From Candidatus Multivoradales bacterium (GTDB taxonomy: Bacteria > Acidobacteriota > Thermoanaerobaculia > Multivoradales > J023), in contig CBDFLE010000005.1 of assembly GCA_965248925.1 (NCBI GenBank), positions 2,208,001 to 2,272,000 on the forward strand: 64,000 nucleotides of DNA. The letters run 5' to 3'. Position 1 is the first letter of the stretch; the number at the start of each line of letters is the position of its first letter. The notes beneath the pieces are model-generated. The model saw only the letters and a list, made by a program, of their open reading frames with translations. It made no database searches and was not told where the DNA came from. This document shows positions 41,901-50,900 of the stretch, in pieces. A program made the position numbers and the translations under genes.

Positions 41901-44900
41901 GTAAAGAGCACGTAGGCCAGCTGGCTGGGGTCGATGGGCCTGGCCGGCGGCGACCAGCGCTGCGCGGCCACCAGCTCGTCCAGCACCAGCACCGCGGTGT
42001 CGAGTTGGGGCGAGCTCCGCACCGCCTCGGCGAGCTCGGCCCGCCGATCATCGATCAACAGCACGGCGACTCGACTGCGCTCCACCAGTCCGAGCAGGCG
42101 CGGTGTCGGCTGCTTCGGCCCGAGAGGAAGATAGACCGCACCGGCCTTGAGAATGCCGACCAACGCCACCAGGTATGCCGACCGGCGGCGGGCGCAGAGC
42201 GCGACGGGCATCTCCCTCTCGACCCCCTGCTCAACCAGCGTCCAAGCCACCGCGTTGGAGCATCGATCCAGCTCGCGGTAGGTCAGACGGGTGCTGCCAT
42301 CGGCGACCGCGATCGCCGACGGGGTCTGATCGACATGGCTGGCGAATAGCTCCAGGATGGTGCCGGCAAAGCCTGTTTCGACCTCGGTCGCATTCCACTC
42401 GACCGCCAGCTGATGACGCTCCGCCGGGCTGAGCAGCGGCAGGGCGGAAACCGCGGTCGTCGGGCTGGCGACGATGCCGCGCAGCAAGCTGCCCAGGTGC
42501 CCCCACAAGCGCTCGATGGTGGTGTGATCAAAGAGGTCGGAGCTGTACTGCACGGCGGCGACCAACCCGCCCTGTTTCTCGGCCATCGAGATGGCCAGAT
42601 CCAGTTTCGCCGTGTCGGTTCGCAAGACCACCTCGTGGAGCTCCACCGCGGGCAGATCGAAGCGTTCGAAACTGGCTTCGTGCGCAAGCTCGAACATCAC
42701 CTGGAAGAGAGGCGTGCGGCTCAGATCGCGCCGCGGCAGCAGCTCTTCGATCAGCCGCTCGAAAGGTAGATCCTGATAGGTGTGAGCGTCGAGCGCGGTG
42801 CGGCGAACTTGCAAGAGCAGCTCGTCGAAGCCAGGATCGCCGGCGAAACGGCCGCGCATCACCAGCGTGTTGACGAACAGACCGATCAACGACTCACTCT
42901 CGAGATGCTGACGCCCGGCGATCGGCACGCCGACACAGAGGTCGGTCTGGCCGGTGTAGCGATGGAGCAAGGTCTCGAAGGCCGCCAGCAGCAGCATGAA
43001 AGCGGTCACTCCTTGCTGCCGCGCCAGCTGCAGCAACTCCGCCGACAACGCCGGCGGCAGGGAGACTCGCCGGGTCACGCCTCGATCACTGAGCGCTCTC
43101 GGGCGCGGCCGATCGGTGGGTAGATCGAGCCTTGCGCCGGCGCCGTCGAGCTGGGCGAGCCAGTAGCCGAGCTGCGCTTCGAGACGGGCCCCGGAGAGCA
43201 GCTCGCGCTGCCAGTCGGCGAAGTCGGAATAGCTCATCCGCAACGGTGGCAGGGCGACCGGCTCAGCTTGCGCCAGGGCCCGATAGAACGCCGCCAGCTC
43301 ACGGATCAGGATGCCCATCGACCAGGCATCAGAAACCGCGTGATGGCAGTTCAGCAAAGCCTGGTAACGCTCCTCGCCAAGACGGAACAACAGCGCTCGA
43401 GCGGCCGGCTCAGCGCCGAGATCGAACGGCCGCGCACTCTCCCGTTGCAACCAGCTGTGCGCTTCTAGCTCGGCGTCGGCAGGGCGCAATGCCTGCAAGT
43501 CGACCAGCGGCATGCGCAGGCCATCGGCGCCGGCTTGTTGCCAGATCTCACCGTCTATCTGCACTAACCGAGCGGCCAAGACCTGATGCCGCTCAGCCAG
43601 CTGACGCAGGCTCTCCGCCAGCACTGCAACTTCCAGCCGACCCTCAAATGCCACCGCCACCGGGGTGTTGTACGAAGCACTCTCCGGCTCCAGCTGTTGC
43701 AGCAACCACATCCGCTCCTGGGCAAAGGAAGCCCGCCGCCGGCCGCCGACTGCGGCTTTGCCGAGAGCCATCGGCGGCAACGGCGGCAACGGCGCGGTTC
43801 GCTCGAGCCTTCGCACCAGCTCGGCCACGGTCGGTGCTTCGAACAGATCGCGGACCTCGACCGCCGCATCGCAAGCCCGCCGCACTCGCGAGATGATCCG
43901 GGTAGCCAGCAGCGAATGACCGCCGTGGTCGAAGAAGTCGTCGTGAATCCCCAGGCTGTCGACCCGCAGAACTCCTCGCCAGATGTCCAGCACCTGTTCT
44001 TCGAGCAGGCTCCTGGGGGCCGCCGCGGTCGATGGCGCCGCCGCCCCCGAGTCCTCTACCCCTGCCAATGCCACCAGGGCTTGGCGGTCGATCTTGCCGC
44101 CGACAGTCCGCGGCAAGATGTCCAGGAATACCACTTCGGTCGGCACCAAAGCCGGCGGCAAGCGCTCCTCGAGATGCTCGCGGACCTCTTTGGCGGTCAG
44201 CTCGCCAACGCCGCGTGGCTCGGCCAGCAGGCGGGGGGCAGCATCCGGGAAGAGCCGGCGGTAGAACTCCGAGCGTCCCAGGCCAGGCCGGCGGAAAGGC
44301 GAATCCAGCTCGATCGGCAGCGGCTCCGAGCCAGGCCGGGCGAGATGCCCGCGCAGCCGATAGTCCGGGTGGATGCCATCGGCTTCGAGAACCGCGGTGA
44401 TGGTCAGCTCGAAAGTGTCACCCGCCTCTAGCTCAAGGCTCTCGGCGGCGGGAATGAACACCGGCAGCCAGGAATGCTCGTGACGCAGGCTGTCGATCAC
44501 CAGACACTCGGCAGTCTCTAGCTCGATCCAAGCGAGGAAACCATCGCAGCGGCCAGCGTGCTCGACCTTCAAAATCGTGCGGCGCTCGAACTCGGCGGAA
44601 AAATCGCTCTGGAAATCGAGCTCTTCAAAGATCCCGGGCGCCGACAGCAGATATTCGCTCGGCAAGTGGCGAAGACACAGCCGGAGGTCGAAGGGATAGC
44701 CAATCTCGGCAAAGACCCGCTCGACGTAATGCACCGCGGTGGCTACGAATCCGGGCTGGCGACGGACCGCCTCAGGCAACGACACGGCAGCGATTCGCGT
44801 CACACAGCGCCGTGGGACAAAGATCCCGCCAGGCGCCATCAGCCGGCGGGCCTGGCGCAACAGCACGGCGGCTCCTTCAGAGCCCCCGAGAGTGCCGATC

Positions 44901-47900
44901 AGGTTGGAGACACAGACCTCCACTTTCTCGGCCAGATCGACCTGGCTGATATCGCCGTGAATGACCTCGACGATATCCTGCAAGCCTTCGCTGGCAATGC
45001 GCTGGCGAGCATGATCGGCAGCCTCTTCGACAATCTCCAGGGCATAGACCCGGCGAGCGCCGGCCGCCGCGCAGTAGCGTGCCCAGATCGCTTCGTGGCC
45101 GGTACCCACGTCGAGCACTACCTTGCCCGCCACGGTGGCCTGGATGGCACGGCGGTAGAGCTGGTTGCGACGCTCGTCCTTGACCATCGAGTAATAGAGC
45201 AGTTCCTCGTAGATCTGGTATTCACCGACGCAGGGCCAGATCTCGACCTGCTGGCTGCCAACCGCGGCGTCGGCAGTCGATCCACGAGTGGCGACATAGG
45301 CCACCAGCGTCTTGTCGGCGCCGCTGCCGCGGGCGACCACCGCGGCCCCCTCGATGGCGGGATGCTCGGTCAGCCGGGCCTCGATCTCACCCGGCTCAAT
45401 ACGCACTCCGCGCACCTTGATCTGCTGGTCGGCGCGGCCCAAGTACTCCAGCCGACCGTCGGCCAGCCGGCGCCCCCGGTCACCGGTCCGGTAGAGCCGG
45501 CCACCGGCACGCGGCGACCACGGGTCGGGAACGAAGCGCTCGGCGGTTAAGGCAGCGCGACCCTGGTAGCCCCGCGCCAAGCTCGGACCGGCGACGTAGA
45601 GTTCACCAGCCGCCGCCACCGGCAACGACTCCAACCCGCCATCCAACACCGACAAGCGCAGATTGCCCAACGGCCGGCCGATCGGCACGATTTGCCCCGT
45701 CCCGGCCTGGCCCCGGCGACAGCGGTTGTGACTGGCGTCGATCGCCGTCTCGGTCGGGCCATAGAGGTTGATCAGCTCCGCGTCCAGCAGTGACTCGAAG
45801 CGCCCACGCAGCGCCTCCGGCAGCGCTTCTCCACCGCTGAAGACCCGCCGCAGGCTGCCGCACGAAGCCGCCCCGACCTCCTCCAACCAGACCTGCAGCT
45901 GCGACGGAACGAGCTGCAGCACACTCACCCCGCGCTCCTCGATCAGCTGCCGCAAGTAAGCCATGTCCCGATGGCCACCGTCTCGCGCCAGCTCGATCGA
46001 GGCGCCGGCCACCAGCGGCGTCAGCAGCTCCCACAGCGAGGCGTCAAAAGACAGCGGGGTCTTCTGCAAGACCCGGTCAGCAGCCGCCAGCGGATACTCC
46101 GACTGCATCCACAACACCCGGTTGGCGATCGCCCGATGCGACACCATCACTCCCTTCGGACGGCCGGTCGAGCCCGAGGTGTAGATCACGTAGGCCAGCT
46201 GATCTGCCGCCACCGCCACCGCGGGGGCCGCCCGCTGGTGCCGCCCGGCAACCGCCTGGTGAAGCTCTATGACCGGCAGGTCGCCGCTCAGTCCGGCGGT
46301 TTGTGGTCGCGTCGTCCAGGCCGGGTCGACCAGCAGCAGCGAGGCGCCGCTGTCCTCGATCAGGTAGCTCAGTCGCGCCGCCGGATAGTCTGGATCCAGC
46401 GGCACCACGGTGCCACCGCCGCTCAAGATGGCCAGCAGGCCGACCACCATCTCCGGCGAGCGGACGCTGGACAATCCCACCCTGGTTTCCGCCACCATGC
46501 CCCGCGAGCGCAATAAGCTCGACAGCTGATCGACCCGCGACCACAGCTCGGCGTAACTCCACGACACGGCACCCTGCGCTACTGCCTGAAGGCTGCCGCA
46601 ATCAGCGCGCCGAGCGAGCAGCGGGCCGAGCAGCGAGTCAGCGCCGTAGGGCACCGCAGTATCATTCCAATCCCACAGCAGCTGGTGCCGCTGCCCGCGG
46701 TTCAACACCGGCAGCTGGTCGAGCCTCGAGTCGGGGTGCCGCAACACCGCCTGCAAAACGCGATCGAAATGGTCAAGCAAGCGCTGGATCGTCGTGCGGT
46801 CGAAGAGATCCGGGTTGAACACCGCCCCGGCGCGGAAGCGGCCTTCGGCCTGGTCGAGAGTCACGGTCAGGTCGAACTTCGACCCGGCGCCACCGAGTTC
46901 CAGGCGCTGCAACTCGATGCCGGCCAGCCGCAACGACTGGCCGTGCGGTGGTTGCAGGTCGAAACCGACCTGGAACAGGGGTGAATGACTCAGGCTGCGC
47001 GATGGGCGCAGTTCCTCGACCAGCTTCTCGAAGGGCACGTCCTGATGGGCGTGAGCGTCGAGCACCACCTCCCTTAAACGGTCGAGCAGCTGGCTAAATG
47101 GCAGCCGCTCGGCCAGCTCAGTGCGCAGCACCAGGGTGTTGACCAGGAAGCCAATCAGCCCTTCGGTCTCGAGCTGATGGCGATTGGCCACTGCCGTACC
47201 GACACTCAGATCGGTCTGCCCGGTGTAGCGCCACAGCACCGTCTTGAAAACCGCTAGCAAGATCATGTAAGGGGTCACGCTGCTGCTCGCCGCCAGCTTC
47301 TGCACCGCTGCCGTATCGCTGCTGATCAGCCGCGTCAAGACAGCGCCGCGGAAGGTCTGCACCGCCGGCCGCGGCCGATCGGTTGGCAGCTCGAGTAGCT
47401 CGGGCAAGCCAGCCAGCTGCTGGCGCCAATACCCCAGGCGCTCCTCGAGTATCTCCCCCGCCAACCAGCCGCGCTGCCAGATGGCGTAGTCGCCATATTG
47501 GATCGGCAGCTCGGCCAAGGCCGCCGGCCGCCCCCCTGCGAAGGCGGCGTAGAACTCGCTCAGCTCGCGGATCAAAACTCCCATCGACCAACCATCGGCG
47601 ACGATGTGGTGGAGGGAGAAGAGCACCACATGGCGTGCCTCCCCCAGACGCAGCAGCTGGGCACGAATCAACGGTCCGCGGCCGAGATCGAAGGGAGTCG
47701 CCGCTTCCAATCGGCCGCGGCGGCGCACCTCGGCGTCAGCGACGGTCGCCGACAGCTGCGCGAGATCCACTAGCGGAAGGTCGAAGGGAACCGCTGGCAG
47801 CACTTGCTGCCGAGGTTCCCCGTGACGGTCGGGGAACACCGTCCGCAGCGACTCATGGCGCCCGACCACCGCGCTCAGCGCCGCCACCACCAGCGCCGGG

Positions 47901-50900
47901 TCGAGCTGCCCTTCGAGGGCCAGGGCGGTCATCGAGTTATAGGCCGTATTTCCCGGCTTCAACCGATCGAGGAACCACAGTCGCTGCTGGGCAAAGGACA
48001 GTGGAATATCCTCCGCCGTGGAGCTCGCCTGGGCGCGGGGCTCGATCGGCGGCAAGACTTCGCCGCCGGTCTGCAGCAGTTCCTCAACCACCCCGGCCAG
48101 GCCCTCGACCGTGGGCTCTTCGAACAGCCTGCGCAACGGCAGCTCGACATGAAAGCCTCGGCGCACTCGGGAAACCAGCTGGGTGGCCAGCAGGGAATGG
48201 CCGCCGATCTCGAAAAAGCTGTCGTCGACGCTGACCTGATCGACCCCAAGGATGTCGCACCACATCGACACCATGAGTTCCTCGAAGGGTGTTCGTGGCG
48301 CGATTACCCGACGCGAGCCCTGCTGCTCTTCGGGGGCCGGCAGCGAACTCCAATCAATCTTGCCGCGCCGGTCGAGGGGCAGAAACGGCAGCGGAACGAT
48401 CGCCGACGGCAGCATAAAGTCTGGCAACCGTTGGGCCAGGAAGGCGCGCAGTTGGTCGGCTTCGAGCACCGCCGCGGCATCTTCCGGCAGGGCCGCCATC
48501 GCCAGCTCAGCAAGTCGCTCACCGGCGGGACCGACGATGCCGGGCCGCGAGGCGTAGAGATTGTAGCGATCGGTGCCAGTCAGCAGCTGGTCTTGTTCTA
48601 CCACCACCTCGAAGCCGTGCCCGGAGAGCAGCTCTCGCAGCTCCTCGACGCGCCCCGAGGTTGCCTCGTCAGGGGCGTCGTGGACCTCCATCACAACTTG
48701 CTGGACCTTGTCCCAATCGGCTTCGTCGAGGCCGGCCAGCACATCCATCTCCGCCCGCTGCACGTCGATCTTCAGCAGGTCAATGCGGTCGATTCCCTGC
48801 TCGCTAATAACCTCGCTCAGACGGCGCAGCCGGACGCTGTGCCGCTCTTCCCGGAAGCGACCGGCGAGAAGTTCATCCGCCTGCTCCAACAGCTCCCCCG
48901 CGGCGGCCTCCCCCTGCTCCAGCTCATTGCTGAGAAAGCGCTTGATCACCTCCACCTCACCCTCTGGGTTGGCGTAGTCGGCCGACCCCGACATCATCGT
49001 GTAGCGGGGGTAGAAGGTGAAGGTCTCGGAGCACTCGGAAGCCGACAAGCCGTACTCGAAGAGCCGCGTGCCACTCGCGTGGCGGGCGACATTGCGTCGC
49101 AGGCTGAGATAGATCGGCGGCAGGGGCTCGAAAGCGAAGATTCGCGCCGTCGGACAGGCGCGGCTGACGAACAGGGTGAACATGCCGATGTTGGCCCCGA
49201 TGTCGAAGACGCAGGCGTTCTCCGGCAGGGTAATGCCATGCAAGGTGTAACAGCGGTTGGCGAAGATCTCCTGATAGAGGTAGTCGGTTTCGTTACGGTT
49301 CTGATGCGCCACCACCAGGCCATTGGGCAAGGTGTGGAGGTCGGGATCGTCGGCAGCGGTCGAGGCGCCGGCAACATAGGCCACCAGGCGCGGATCGTCG
49401 GCGCGATCGTGGCGCAGCTGCACCGCGGATTCGGAGATCGCCGGGTGCTGGCGGAGCACTGACTCGATCTCGCCAAGCTCGATGCGGAAACCGCGCAACT
49501 TGATCTGCCGGTCGACCCGACCGAGAAACTCGAGTTCGCCGTCTTCGCCGTGACACACCCGGTCACCGGAGCGGTACAGCCGGCTGCCTGGTGCCGCCGC
49601 GAAAGGATCGGGGACGAAGCGCTCGGCGGTCAAGGCCGGCCGGCCGAGGTAGCCCCGCGCGACACCAGCTCCGGCAATGGCGAGTTCTCCGTCAATGCCC
49701 TGGTGGGTAAGCCGACTGCGGCGATCGAGCACATAAACCTGGATGTTGGCCAGCGGCCGCCCTAGGCTCGGTCCCGAGGGTCGCGCCGCCACCTCACGCA
49801 AGGTCGAATCGACCGTACACTCGGTCGGACCATAGACGTTGAAGACGCGCAGCCGCGGCAGATTCACCAGCTGCCCCCAGAGCCCGGCATCGATCCCCTC
49901 GCCGCCGAGCAACACCTTCGCCAACGGCAGCTCTGCTTGGTCCAGGCCCGCCGCCAACAACAGGCGAAGCTGCCCTGGGGTAGCGTCCAAGAGATCAATT
50001 TGCTGGTCTGTGAGTAGCCGCAGCAGCGCTTCACCGTCCGGCCGCACAGCCTGCGGGATGATGCATAGGGTGTCGCCCCAGGCCAACCGCACAAGCTGCT
50101 TGATCGAAGCATCGAAGGACAGCGGCGCGTTGAGGCTGATCCGCAGCGTCCCGGTGCGATCGGCATAAACCGCCTGTTCGAGGGCGTAGGTCAGATTGGT
50201 GACACTTGAGTGGCGCACCATGGTGCCCTTGGGCCGCCCGGTCGAGCCAGAGGTGAAGAGGACGTAGGCGAGCTGCTCAGCGGCGGTCGAGAGCGTCGGC
50301 GAAATCGCTGAACAGGCAGCGATCAGCTGCTGGTCGCGCCGCAGGTCGACCGCTTGATCGGCCGCCACCAACTCGGCCCCCGCCCCCCCCTCGAGGATCA
50401 CCAGCCGTGGCTCGATATCGGCCAGCATCTGCCGCAGTCTCTCGACCGGTTGATCTGCATCCAGCGGCACGAAGGCGGCACCGGCTTCGTGCACCGCCAA
50501 AAGGGCGATGATCTGGTCGACTCCACGCTCCAGCAGCAGCACGATGCGGTCTTCGCGCCGCACCCCGCGACGCAGCAGGTGGTGAGCGAGCCGGTGGGCG
50601 CGTTCGCTGACCACCCCGTAGCTGATCTCAACCCGACCGTCGAGCACCGCGACCACCTCGGGAAACTGCTCGGCCCGCTGGCGAAAGAGTTCGTGCAGAG
50701 GAAGTTGTGGAAACTCGCTGGCGGTCTGGTTCCAGCTTGCCACCAAGCGCTGGCGCTCAGCGCTCGGCAAGCCATCGATCCGTTCGATGGGCAGGCTTGG
50801 GGTGGCGGCCACTTCGGTCAGAATCTTGAGCAGCGAGTCGACTATCCGCTCGACCACCCGGCGGGGAAATCTGCCACCGTCATAGCTCAGTCGTAGATCG

